A DNA stretch of 63,218 nucleotides, filler included, from Reclinomonas americana ATCC 50394 (taxonomy: Eukaryota), in NCBI GenBank assembly GCA_048213135.1. It is 5 parts of 5 records of this genome, joined end to end, with 100 filler letters (N's around TTAATTAATTAA, not from the genome) between each part and the next. Parts side by side here need not be neighbours in the genome. Positions count along the whole stretch, not along the records: positions 49,224 to 59,156 come from PS015706.1; positions 59,257 to 63,218 come from PS015707.1; 3 more parts are not named here. The stretch is one strand, 5' to 3'. Under the pieces are notes generated by a model. The model was not told where the DNA came from. It saw only the letters and a program-made list of their open reading frames with translations, and did no database searches. The translations under genes and the position numbers were made by a program. Shown piece after piece: positions 50,912-63,218 of the stretch. Within the stretch, counting starts at the first letter, position 1. Each line of letters begins with the position of its first letter.

Positions 50912-53817
50912 ATGAGCGCAGACACAGTCGAGGCCTTCTCACAGCTGTTTGCCTGTGCGCCCACTGTGCGATCATGTGCACCGGGTCGACTCAATGCAGG
51001 TCGGTCACTCAAGCAAGCAAATGATCACATAACAACAACAGCAGAGAAGAGAGACTGACTCTCGCAAACAACAGGTGGCGCACACACAGACTGGAGCAAT
51101 CACTACTGCCTTGGGTGCGCCTTGTCCCTCTCACTCTCTCTTACACACTCATCGTCTCTGATGATTTGCGCGCGAAAATCTCTCTTTATCTTGACAGCTT
51201 CGCCCTGCCTCTGCAAGTCGAATGCCTGGCCTCTCCGCGCACTGATGGACTTGTGCTGGTGTACTCACGCACGCACTCGTCGCGAGAGGGCGTTCCGTCG
51301 ACTCTGAGAGTGGTGAGAGAGGCCGATTCGACGGTGACTGTGCAGGTGCAAGAGGAATCGATCGCAGCTGCTGCTGCTGCTGGTGAGCACTGTGAGAGGG
51401 AGGGAGAGAGAGGGGGGGCGGGGGTGAGGAGGGAAGGGGACCTTCATGAGAGTGTTTTCCCCGATCGCGATCGATATCTCGAGATGGAGACAACTCTGCC
51501 GTCTCATCGTCCTCCTTCTGGTTCTTGCTCATGCTCATCTTCTTCTTCTCCTTCTTTTTCTTCTCCTCCTCCTGCTTGCTTCTTCCTCTTCTTCATGTTC
51601 TTCCTCTTCCTCTTCTTCTTCTTCTTCTTTCTTGTTCCTCTTCTTCTTCTTCTTTTTCTTCTTCTTCTTCTTCTTCTTTCTTTCTTCTTCTCCTCCTCCT
51701 CCTTCTTCTTGTTCTTCTTTTCTCTCCTACTCCTTCTTTTTCTCCTTCTCTGCCTTCTCCTAACTCTTCTCTTTCTTCTTTTCTCCTCCTCCTCCTCCTT
51801 CTTCTTCTTCTTCTTCTCCTTCTCTTTCTCCTTCTCCTTGTCCTCCTCCTCCTCCTCCTCCCTTCCTCCTCCCTTCCTCCTTCCCTTTCCCTTCATTGCC
51901 CCACCCTTTCCCTCTCCTTGTAGATGGGTACCTCGAGTATGTCACTGGCGTCCTTCGTGCCCTATGCACCAATCCCGATCGCGAAGCCGCCAAGGCGATT
52001 GGCGATCTGCTGGCCTCCGAGGGCTGCAACTTGTACGTGTCGTCTGTTGCGTCTCTTTGCCGGTCACCCCTCCCTTCGCTTTGTGCTTTCTCATACCCCG
52101 AGTGTCGCAGACACTGCCGGCGGGACTCGGGCTCTCCTCCAGTGCGGCATTTGAGTTGTCGGTGTGTGCGGCCGTGCTGCGCTGCTTCAATCAGGTGCTG
52201 CACTGCGAGTGGAACACGCACGTGTTGCGAGTGGCGGCGGTGTGTACGCGGGCGGAGCGTGAGTACGTGGGTGTGTCGTGCGGGCCGTTGGATCAGCTCA
52301 GCTCGGCGTTTGGGCGACGCGGTCACTGCGTGCTGATCGACTGCGATCCGGAGAAGGGCGCGCGTGTGGCCAGTGTGTTTTCGGTGTTTGAGTTTCCCCA
52401 CGCAGCGGTCGAGGGCGACGACGATGAGCACAATGCTGCGCGACTGGGTGTGGTGGCCATTGATACCGGCACCTCGCGGCATTTGCGCAAACTGCACACG
52501 CACGACGAGGAGGACGAGAAGCGCGAGGCGCAGGAGCAGTCGCCGCAATCGCCGCAACATGCGCCGTGCGTGTCGGCGTTGGAGGAGAAGCAGCTGGATT
52601 TGAGCAGCTTCAATTCGCGCGTCTTTCGCTACGGCCTCGCCGTGTGCCTGCTGCGCGCGTACGCCAAGGCTCTGCGGCATCCTCTACTGGCGGCCTTTGC
52701 CACGGCGCGCGTGCAACTCAAGCCGTGGGAACTCGTCGAGCTGGTCAACGCGCTGCATGAGAGCAATCACGACGCAGGTGCTCGCGCTAATGCAGCCGCC
52801 TCTCTCTCTCCCTCTGTCTTTCCTTGTCTCGCTCACACTCTTCGCACACAGCCTGTGCCATTTTTGTGGACGACTGCCGGTCGCCACCACCAGCGCTGCC
52901 TTTTGAGATGGCGGTTTCACCCAACGTAGTGCCGGTGATCAGCGTGGCGGCCGCGCATCTCATTGGTTCACAGCCGGCGCTGCTCGGCTGGTGCTCGCGT
53001 CAGTCGCCTGCGGCACCTCTGTACGGCTGCCGACAAGCCCTCAACGTCGCCACATTCCTGTTGGGCGAGGCGTGGCGCATCGAGGCCGTGGCTGCTCTCC
53101 ACGACGCGCACGCCACGCTCACACCGCAGGCGTTTGCCACCGAGCACGACGTGCAGTGGCTGCTGACCGAGTTGCAGAGACACGCGCCGAGGTGGAGCGG
53201 GAGGCGAGCTGCCGTGCTGCAGTCGGCGATCGACTGCATCGCGCAGCACCGTTCGCTGCGCGAGTTGACCGCCGTGCAGCGATGCGTCGTGCAGGGTGCA
53301 CTCGGCGACCTGTCGTGGGAGTCGAAACGCGACCACTTCCGTGGCGATTCCGAGTCGGGCACACTCGACAAGTTGCGGCGCACGCATCAACGCGGGAGCT
53401 CACATCCACTCACTTGCACGCTTGCATGCACACAGAGCGTACCAGTGTGCCGACTTCCTGCAAGACGTGCTCTTCCCCGACCAGCTGGTGGTCTACGGCA
53501 AGCTGTGCCCCGGTGCCGGATGGGCCGGCTCCGCGGCCGTGTGGATGGACACGGTCTCGCAGGCCGCCGACGGCATCACCTACGTTGACGTGCTGCGTGC
53601 GCTTGTCAAAGGCGACGATGCCGACACCATCTCCGCGCTCATTCGCGGTCCCCTACGCGACAACGCCACCGCCCAGCAACGCCTGCGCGAGTGGACACCG
53701 TATGTGGATCGCCACGAGTTGCGCGAGATCGAGGGTCTCGTGCCCGACAAGTGTCGCCTGTGGTTGGCCGAACCCAGCGACGGACTCAGTGTGGAGTCGC
53801 TCCTCGAAGACGAATGA
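50912..53817 (+). CDS. Divergent galactokinase-like GHMP sugar kinase
   Basis: APGRLNAGGAHTDW (motif I), LPAGLGLSSSAA (ATP loop), AEREYVGVSCGPLDQ, C-terminal GKLCPGAGWAG. Confidence 0.85.
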
Positions 53818-53858
53818 ACACACAACGAGCGGCGGAAAGAGTGGACTGTACACTCTCC

Positions 53859-54316
53859 TCATCTGAACGTGCGAGGTGGCGTACGCTTTCGCTGCGTCAA
53901 CCAGCACTCCTTGACGTAGCAAACGGAGGCCAGCATGAAGCCGAGAATCACAAACACGCCAAGGAAGATGCGACTGATGGAGTTCCAGTCGCGTTCCTGA
54001 GCACAGAAAGAAGAGTCATGAGAGGCAGAGGAGAGACAAGAAGAGTGACAAGTGACAGGCATAACTGTGGAGGCAGGCGACTCTGACTTGGGCGCGAACG
54101 CAAAGAAGCCAAAGAGGATGAGTGGAACGAGTGTGGCCACAATGCACACGATGCTGTGCGCAGAAGAGAGAGTGAGTGAGAGAGAGCAGCACAGTGTGAG
54201 GTGTTCACTGACCGCAGATATCGCGTGGAGGAGAAGAGGTAACAGGAGAGGAGGCCGAGGAGGACAAGGATAATGACCACGAGAAGGCCTACACCGATGC
54301 CTAACACGATGGCCAT
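53859..54316 (-). CDS. TMEM218: TMEM218-like small 3-TM protein (ciliary transition-zone family)
   Basis: MAIVLGIGVGLLVVIIL...LLSCYLFS; second TM ending in ...APK; D...ISR before the third TM; 3 exons; size ~110 aa fits the family. Confidence 0.6.
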
Positions 54317-54784
54317 CGCTCAGTGAGTGAGGAGTGAGAGGGGAGTTGTCCGACGGAAGTTTCCACAGGTTGAGCTCTGTTGCGCTGCGTTACGAGTGCG
54401 TTGATGTATGCGTGAGTGTGTACACTATGAGGAGGCGATGGAGGCGCGATGAAGAGAAAGAGAGGAGCACTGATTTTGAACGTCGACGTTCGCCATTCTC
54501 GAACGATCTCTTCGTTGGCGTTGCTGTGTGGCGCGTGCGTTGTGTATACGTGGAGAGCACAGCGTGGAGCTGCATCCAGTGCACTGCAGGAGCGAAGAGG
54601 GCGCGAGAGAAAGAACTTCTGCAGCTCGAAGTTGACGCTCTTGCGAGAAAATCGCCCTCAGATCGCACTCTCGCTTGCAGCACTGTGTCCTCACGCACAA
54701 CAGCAGTCCAGACACACTCAACATCGACCCCAGCTTGCACATACGTCACAGGACACATCTAATCTCACTCTTTTCGCCCTCTCC

Positions 54785-55544
54785 ATGCGCGTTCACTTTG
54801 TGCGACACGCACAGAGCGTGTACAATGCGCAGCTGGAGGCCACTGGCGAGGACCCCATGTCATTCGACGCACCACTCACCGACTTTGGCATCGCACAAGC
54901 CACTGGTCTCACTCACTCACTCTCTCGCTCTATTGCTCCTCATCACTCACTCGTCTCCCCCTGCAGAGGCCCGCTCGCGTGTCTCTCACCTCCGCCCCAC
55001 TCTCATTGTGTCGTCGCCTCTGAGTCGCGCTCTGCAGACCACTCTGCTCATGATGCCGCCGGAAGATCATGCACAGGCCGAGTACCACATGTGGCCCGAG
55101 CATGCAGAGTGGGTCGAGGCCAGCTGCGACATTGGAGCTGATGTTTCGTCCGTCGAGCATCTGCGCTACTATCTGCGACTGTGCCGGGCTGATATATGTA
55201 TGTCGATGTAATACAGCCGTCCGCACTCAAGGAGCGATACGGGCATGTGTTTCGCGGGATTGACGAGTTGTCTGCGGTGTGGTGGTGGGTGCCCGAGGCG
55301 CACCCGCGACAACCGCACGACTCGGCGACATGGGCAGCGGCCTTTCGGGAGCAGCGCTTCATTGAGCCGATGGAGTCGCTGGATGCGCGCGTGGAGAGCT
55401 TTGCAAGGCGGCTGCGTGCAGTGGCCGAGGCGGGGCATGAGGAGGTGGCGGTATTTGGCCATGGGGATTTCCACGATGCGGTGCTGCGGGCACACTTTGG
55501 GCGCGCGGACGACGCGCCGCCCCTGCACAACTGCGAGGTGGTGA
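54785..55544 (+). CDS. Histidine phosphatase / phosphoglycerate-mutase family protein
   Basis: VHFVRHAQSVYN, DAPLTDFGIAQA, IVSSPLSRALQT, EVAVFGHGDF, LHNCEV. Confidence 0.9.
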
Positions 55545-55729
55545 NNNNNNNNNNNNNNNNNNNNAAGGGAAAGTGAGAAGGAGGGAGAAGGGAAAGGGAA
55601 AGGGAAAGGAAAAGGGAGAAGGGGGTAGAAGGGAAAGGGAACGGGAGAGGGGTGGGAGAAGGGAGGGGAGAGAGAGAGAGAGAGAGACGCACACATGCGC
55701 ACACGAGCCAGGAAAAACAGGGCGATAAC

Positions 55730-56603
55730 ATCGAGACAACTCTTACGCAACTGGCCAGGCACGTCGGGCACGAGGAACCGCACCAGAACCATAAAGGTCA
55801 TGAAAACGTGCTCCACCACGATAAAGGCCAGCACCTTGTTCTCCGTTGGCTCCAGATTAATGTTCCAGAATGAGGTGAGAGACGTGGAGGTGATGGTGAT
55901 GAGGTACGAGTTGACGACGACGGAGAATAGCACGATGGACTCCATGACCGTTTGCCAGGTGCCTGAGAGAGAGAGAGAGAGAAGAAGAAGAAGAAGAGTC
56001 AGCACACGCATGACAGAAATTCGAAGACGCGCGATTACTCACCAATGCTCTCGGCACCATCGGCTGGCGGTCGCTGGCACTCGCGCAGAATCTTCGACGC
56101 ATCAATGCGGATCTCAAACAGATTGTTGAGCAGCGCGAGAGCCGGAGCCCAGGGCATGGCAATGGTGAATTGCGTCACGTAGCCGAATTGCACGGCAATT
56201 TCGGCATAGTCGTCCACAGGGCTGGGAAGGAGGAAAGGGGGGAGGGAGAGTGAATGAGGAGAAGGTGGCAAGAACAAAAAGGGAGGAAATCATCACCTCT
56301 CGTACGGCGACAGCGTGTTCTGCTTGTCCAGCGGCGACGCCTTGAGCTGCTGACCAATCTTCTTGGCCGAGCGGCGATCGCTCCAGCCCTTCAGCGTCTT
56401 CTTCAGCCACGGGAGGAAGACTTCCAAGATGTTGCCGACGATCTGGCGGGAAGTGCAAGGTGAGGAAGAGGGAAAAGGGGGAGGGAGAAAAGGAGGAGGG
56501 GAAGGGATTTGTTTGAATGGGGATCACGACTTCGTGTGAAGGAAACCATGCTCAGTGAGAAGCGACGAAAGGGAGGACGATACGCTGACACCATGGTGTG
56601 TGA

Positions 56604-56637
<34 letters not shown>

Positions 56638-59016
56638 CACACAAACAATCCAATACGCGTTAAGAACTGAGTACAGAACACGCTAAAACGGATGTTTCAG
56701 AAGAAGGGAAATACATGCGACAACTTGAGAAGGAAGCAACATGTCGAGACGAATAAACACAAAGTGATAACACGCGTGGTGCAAGAGGAACGAGAGAGCG
56801 ATGAGAGAGAAACGCGACGTCAAGATAAAAGAAAGAAAGAGAGTCAGGGAAGGAGAGAGAGAGAGAGAGAAGAGAAAGAGAGTGAGAAAGACAAGCAGTT
56901 GGAAACGCGAAAGAACAGGCAAAGAAAATAACGCCGAGAACGCGAAGAAGAGAGGAGACGAGAGACGGTGAATGCATGTGACAAATAAGGAACAGAAGCA
57001 CCAAGAGAGAGAGAGAGAGAGAGGAGACGAGAGACGGTGAATGCATGTGACACATAAGGAACAAAAGCATCAAGAGAGAGAGAGGAGGGGGGGGGGGTGG
57101 AAGCGATGGGAGGTGTGGTATGACGACAGGAGAATGGCAAAGCACTCGTCTCACTACACAGAGAGACAGAGAGAGAGAGAGAATTAGCTCACCTGCTTCA
57201 CGGTCAAGTTGATCAGCAGCTGGAAGAAGAGCTCCTGCATGCGAGCCTGTCCGTTGACCTCGTACTTGCACTCTTCGGGGATGCTCTTCAGCGGGAAGGG
57301 CGCTGCGGCGATCAAAAACAGCGCAATGTTGGAGTTGACAAACTGGAAGAGGAAGGCCTTGCCAATGGCCGCGTTCTCCTCGTCGGTCTTGGTGCGGTAG
57401 TTCTCCAGTCGGTTGGCAATGGCGGAGGCGATCTTGTAAATGATGCCAAAGACAATCATGGAGGACACGTTGGCCACGCTGCGAATGCAAAGGGAACAAA
57501 ACGGGTCTGAGTGCCCTGCCAGCACGCCACAGCTTGGACGACGGAGAGACGCAACGCAATAATGACACTCCAGTACGTCGGCAGCTTGCCGTCATATTCC
57601 TCATATAGTCCGTTTCTCCAAACTCTGATAAAGATAGCGACGATAATGGCGCCCGACACCTGTCGATAGAAGGGAGAGTGTGAGGAGAGAGAGAGAGGGA
57701 GAACAGAAGAGGAGAGGCCAGCGACGCAACAATGCAGACAAGCAACGGCACGGTGCACGCGTATGTCATCCAGCGGCGGTATGTGGAGTAGTACTTTTCC
57801 CTGAGCACGGTGCGATCGGCGGAGCCGCTGACACCCTTGATCGTTCGGCGGAACACGCGAATGGGCACTTGGAACAAGAGGTTCTCGTGGTCGAGTTTGA
57901 CGTCGCGCAGGGTAAACTTGAAGTTCTCACGAACTTCCTCCTACGAGGGGAGCAATGGGTGAGCACAGACATTCTATCCCTCCGTGCCTGTGTGTGCAAC
58001 TCACCGTCTCCTCAAACTCGTCCATGCCCCACTCGTGAATGAGCGTGGCCTGCCGCCGTTTCCATGTTTCGTTCAGCAGTGTGGCCCATACTAGCGTGAT
58101 GAATGCTAACGCGGGTGACATGGCATTGTCCCAGCGCGTCTTGTACAGTGTGCCGGTGGGATTGTCGTTGGCCGGTGACGGACAGGCTTGTACTTGCCCG
58201 GAACCGAGACTGTCATCAAACGAGGGTGTGCGTGAGCATCCGTGGGGAGAGGTGATCAGAGTGATGAATCCACGCAACGAATACAAGCCGACAACAATGC
58301 CAATGATCGACAGACTCACGAGCCACGTGGTAATCGAGCCCAGCCAGGCAAAGTACAGCGCCACCTTCTCGCCCAGATACAGACGAATGTCTTGCATCGG
58401 TTGCCACGAGAACATGCGCCTGAACGACGCCCACCGGTCAATCAGATCGCGCCGACGCACATCGCTGTGCAGCGCAATAATCTGCTTCAAGACACCATCC
58501 CTCTTCAGCTTGTCCAGCCCTGCAGCAAAATGAATGGTGTAAGCGTCGTCCCCCGCTGACAGCACAAACAAAAGCACGCCATCCGCAACGAAAACCGCAG
58601 CCGTCCCTGTGCTCAGGCACTGTGAGCTTGAGCAGGGTGAGGGCTTGCCGTTGTGCGGGAGAAAACAGTGAGGTCTGGCCGTGGAAATTGTCTTGCTCTT
58701 GGTATTTCGTGCGCTGGGCCTTTTCAAACGGCGCCGTGCCGCCCTCCTGCGCAGCGTGGTGAGGGCGAGCGCACACAAAGGACCCCAGTGTGTGGAAAAG
58801 AGAGAGAGGGCACGCAACTACGAGCTCCATCTCAAAGCCAATGCGGTCCGCGAAATCCTCCAGCTTGTCGTCGTTAAGGCCGAATGTGACAAACTTCTCG
58901 TCCTCGTCGACCGAGAAGCCCTCCTCCACGTGGAAGCCGCGACGGCAGAGTGAGAAGACGAGTTTTTGTTGGCGTTGCTTGGCAAAGTCGCGTTTGAATT
59001 GTACGTTGCGGTCGGA
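55730..59016 (-). CDS. Anoctamin / TMEM16 family (both ends reach gaps)
   Basis: QPMQDIRLYLGEKVALYFAWLG, WKRRQATL..EWG, ENYRT, KAFLFQFVNS, DDYAEIAVQFGY, PALALLNNLFEIRIDASK, IG|TWQ, PDVP. Confidence 0.93.
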
Positions 59017-59259
59017 GGTGCGGGCTGGGGAAGGGGAAGGGGGGAAGGGGGAGTGGGAGGGGAGGGGAGGGGAGGGGAGGGGAGGGGAGGGGAGGGAGGG
59101 GAGGGGAGGGGAGGGAGGGGAGGGGGAAGGGAGGAAGGGGACGGGAAGGGGGGAAANNNNNNNNNNNNNNNNNNNNNNNNNNNNNNNNNNNNNNNNNNNN
59201 TTAATTAATTAANNNNNNNNNNNNNNNNNNNNNNNNNNNNNNNNNNNNNNNNNNNNCTC

Positions 59260-59345
<86 letters not shown>

Positions 59346-59348
59346 CTC

Positions 59349-59397
<49 letters not shown>

Positions 59398-59793
59398 CTC
59401 CCCTCTCTGCTCTCTCCCCTCTCTGCACCCATTCTTGCATCTCTTCCGCTGTCGAGTCTCTCTGCCATGGGTGCCCTCGTTCCTTACCCTGGTGCCCTTC
59501 TCTTTCTCTCTTCGTTGCTCTCTCCTCCTTTGTCTTTGTGCTCATTGGTAGCCGTGTTTCGGTGTCTTGCGTTCTCAGTCTCCCCTCTCACGGTGAATGC
59601 GAGTCATTCGCACGTTATCTCTCCTCTCCTGCACCCTCTTCGCGTCTCCTCCTTTGCTTCCAGACAACAGCTCTTGACTCTTCGCTGCCCGTTGATTCTT
59701 CGTCTTCTCTGTGGCTTCCTTCGTTGTCCTTCTTCCCTCGTTGTTTGCTCATTCTCCTCTTTATCCCTCTCCTACTTTCCCTCCTCATCGCAG

Positions 59794-62760
59794 AGCCGAA
59801 TTCGAGGGCATGTTCAGCTCCGGCGACATGCAAGAGGCGTTCAAGCGAGCAATGTCGGGCGGACTGCGACAGTCGACCGTGCGCAGTGTTTGCTGGAAGG
59901 TGCTTTTCGAACTGGGGAGTCTGCAAACCATGCTCTCGTTGCTTACGGTCTTGCAGGTCTTCCTCGGCATCCTGCCACCCAACAACGATTTTGCGACATG
60001 GTCGACGGTGCTGCGTGAGACGCGCACCAAGTACGAGCAGCTGCGACAGACGCACATTATCGATCCGTACAAGCTGGTGCGCTCAATTCCTCATTTTATA
60101 TTTCTCTTTCGAGTTTTGTTGCTCACACCGTGTTGGTATGCCAGACGGAGGATCTGGACCCGACGGTTCACAATCCGCTGTCACAGAATGCCGAGGTGCG
60201 CTGCAATACCTCGTGCAACCGCTGCTGCATGCCACTCACCACCCTCTATTTTCTACCGCAGTCTGCATGGACTCGCTTCTTCCAAAACACCGAGGTGGAA
60301 AAGGAGATTCAGCAGGATTTGGAACGATTGTTGCGTGCGCACCATCAACAGAGCTATATTTCTTCAGCTCACAGTCCTCCCCTCACCCTCCCTCCCTCCC
60401 TCTCTCCTTCCTCGTGCAGGTACCCGGGCATGGACTTTTTCCAACAGTCGCATATTCAGGAGAGCATGCTGCACGTGCTCTTCATCTGGTCCAAGGAAAA
60501 TCCGGCGCTGTCGTACCGCCAAGGCATGCACGAGCTGCTGGGCATTATCGTGCTCGTCCTCGACAACGACAAGACCAAGTTGCGTGGTCACGTAGTGAGC
60601 GCGCATCATCTCCTTCGCTGACTTCTGTGTGCAGGAATGCGAGTGGCATCCTCGGCGAGGTCACCAGCGACAAATACTTGGAACACGACGCTTACACGCT
60701 CTTCGATCACCTCATGGACACGATGAGGCAGTGGTTCGACGTACGCCTGCAGTCGCCTCCATCTCCGCGCAGTGCAAGGCGGCGGGGTGGACCGGCTCGT
60801 GAATTGCTTGACGTTGAGTGACACTGTGACACACACAGACACACTCACCCTTTCTCTCTGTCACTTCACCTGCCCCCTTCGTCTTCCCCCTTCGTCTTCC
60901 CCCTTCGGTCTTTCCCTTTCCATCCTCCCCCATCTCCTTCTCCTTCTCTTCCCGCTTCCTCCCCTTTCTCTTGCCCCCAAACCTTTTCCCCTGTTCCTTC
61001 CCCCTGTTCCTTCCCCCTGTTCCTTCCCCCNNNNNNNNNNNNNNNNNNNNNNNNNNNNNNNNNNNNNNNNNNNNNNNNNNNNNNNNNNNNNNNNNNNNNN
61101 NNNNNNNNNNNNNNNNNNNNNNNNNNNNNNNNNNNNNNNNNNNNNNNNNNNNNNNNNNNNNNNNNNNNNNNNNNNNNNNNNNNNNNNNNNNNNNNNNNNN
61201 NNNNNNNNNNNNNNNNNNNNNNNNNNNNNNNNNNNNNNNNNNNNNNNNNNNNNNNNNNNNNNNNNNNNNNNNNNNNNNNNNNNNNNNNNNNNNNNNNNNN
61301 NNNNNNNNNNNNNNNNNNNNNNNNNNNNNNNNNNNNNNNNNNNNNNNNNNNNNNNNNNNNNNNNNNNNNNNNNNNNNNNNNNNNNNNNNNNNNNNNNNNN
61401 NNNNNNNNNNNNNNNNNNNNNNNNNNNNNNNNNNNNNNNNNNNNNNNNNNNNNNNNNNNNNNNNNNNNNNNNNNNNNNNNNNNNNNNNNNNNNNNNNNNN
61501 NNNNNNNNNNNNNNNNNNNNNNNNNNNNNNNNNNNNNNNNNNNNNNNNNNNNNNNNNNNNNNNNNNNNNNNNNNNNNNNNNNNNNNNNNNNNNNNNNNNN
61601 NNNNNNNNNNNNNNNNNNNNNNNNNNNNNNNNNNNNNNNNNNNNNNNTCCCTCTTCCCCGTTTCCATCTTCCCCTTTCCCCTTTTCCAATCTTCTCCCCT
61701 GCAGGTCGGCGTCGACAAGGTGTTTGGCGGATCACACGACTCAGGGAACCAGGCGGAAAGTGTGGTGGTGACTCTCGCACAACACGTGCAAGATGTGCTG
61801 CTGAAGGAGCGTGACCCCGCATTACACCGTCACTTGTCGGCACTGAGCATCGAGCCGCAGCTGTACACGCTGTTGCGTAGCCCCCTCCCCGTCGTCGCCA
61901 TCGCAGTTGTCTTCTTCTCCTCATTCTCCCTCCTCCTTCTCTGTATCTCAGGCGGTGGGTGCGATTGCTGTTCTCTCGAGAATTCCACTTGGAGGACACG
62001 ATGATTTTGTGGGACGCGTTGTTTGCCGACTCGGCCGAATTGACGTTGGTGGAGCACTTTTGTGTGGCCATGCTGCTGTTCATCCGTGGCCAACGTGCGT
62101 TTCCCATTTTCCTGTGCAATTTTATGCTCCGTGCACTCGCTGTCCTCACTCCTTGTTCCGCAGTGCTGCAGATGAACTACGAAGGCTGCATGCGTCGCCT
62201 TCTCAAGTACCCGCCCGTGGAGGACATCTTGCCGTTCATCCGGAAAGCTCTGCAGTCGCGCAACAACAAGACGGACTTGCTGCAGGACACGGATGCGCCG
62301 GCACCGTCGACACCGGTGCAGCGCAGCGGAGCGTCGGTTGCTGCATCAGCGGGCCAACGGGCAACAGTTGCGTCACCCATGTGCGGTGGAGTGGTGTTGT
62401 TTTCATGGACTCAAATGGTATTTTTTTGCAGGCTGCCAGCGCTGCTCCCGCCAGCTCGGCACAATCGTCCCGCTCGCTGGCATCCTCTCGACAGGCCGCC
62501 GCGGTCCCACAGCGGACGCCAGGTGGCGCCTCCCGACCACAAGCACCTGCACAGCACGCGCCAGCGCAGCCACCATCGCATGCGGCTGCCGCTGCAGCAC
62601 GGCAAGGTACTCGGAGATGTGCTTTATTGCTATCTGATTGTCTGCATCTCATTCGCTCTCCGCAGCCGAGTCTGCGGCAATCCAACAAGAGAGCATCCGA
62701 CTGCAAAACGAAGTTAGCGCGCTTCTCGGTCTGCAGAAGCGCATGGGTGCCAAGCTTGAT
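59794..62760 (+). CDS. TBC1D5: TBC-domain Rab GAP, TBC1D5-like (partial)
   Basis: RSVCWKVFLG, NPLSQ..SAW..FF, IQQDLERLYP (Arg finger), SYRQGMHELL (Gln finger), LEHDAY.LF, IEPQLYTLRWVRLLFSREF, LLKYP. Confidence 0.88.
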
Positions 62761-63218
62761 GGTGCGTCTGCGATTCGGAAGGAGGGTTGAGAATTGCACG
62801 CGTTGTTGGAGTGCTCGAGATGTCGCTGCCTTGCAGTTGTACCTGTCGTCTCGTTTGCGGTCGCTCGGATTCACTCCCTTCATGTCGTCTCTCGTTTTTC
62901 ATCTCGCTTTTCATTAGTCTATCTGTTTCTCTCTCTCTCTTTCTCTCTCTCTCTCGCCATCGCACTCTCTCTCCCCCTCCCCCCACTCACTCGTTTCTCT
63001 CTCTCTCTCTCTCTCTCTCTGTGACTTTTTTCGTTCTTGCTGTTGAATTCTCGCGCTTGTCGGCAACGCCACTCGTTACAACAAGGAGTCATGCCGCGCC
63101 ATACCTCCCCTTCTCTCTTCCGCCCTCCTTCCCTCCTTCCCGCCCTTACTTTCTCCGTTCACTCTTTCTTCTCTCTCTCTCTCTCTCTCTTCGTTCTCTC
63201 TCTTTCTCTCTCTCTCTC

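Noticed and set aside
29162..59212. Recurrent palindrome TTAATTAATTAA
   Set aside because: Always centred in N runs of fixed length; an assembly linker.
12735..62367. Non-canonical TT...AGG intron boundaries for the GTTGCG class
   Set aside because: Many downstream exons start with G, but several start with A, C or T; the GT-AG reading restores the expected motifs in all cases.
1..63218. Stop-codon reassignment as a cause of ORF fragmentation
   Set aside because: Interruptions in recognisable genes are explained by GT-AG introns; TAA, TAG and TGA all occur as terminal stops.

Overview
Eukaryotic, GC-rich, gene-dense protist DNA with short GT-AG introns, long (CT/GA)n tracts, N gaps and artificial TTAATTAATTAA gap linkers. 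Most listed ORFs are intron-crossing noise, so I built gene models by manual splicing. Left part: a GT2 glycosyltransferase; an NLR-like Ubl?-HEPN-NACHT-pentapeptide-WD40 gene head-to-head with a WD40 gene; a spliced prokaryote-type DUF2082-like zinc ribbon missed by the ORF track; a Ser/Thr kinase-NACHT-ankyrin fusion; and a GH25 lysozyme. Together these look like a candidate innate-immunity cluster. The rest holds a large unknown helical protein, an aspartic protease with a shortened saposin-like insert, an ARM + FxFG-repeat protein, two tandem secreted EGF-repeat genes, a low-complexity protein, mS26-like, a GHMP sugar kinase, TMEM218-like, a histidine phosphatase, anoctamin and TBC1D5. The strongest unexpected signal is at least 18 introns with the atypical donor GTTGCG(T/C), none preceded by G at -1. 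This looks like the ordinary G|GTGCGT donor shifted by one base. Predicted micro-exons go down to 2-3 nt. All family calls come from motif recognition; no searches were run.
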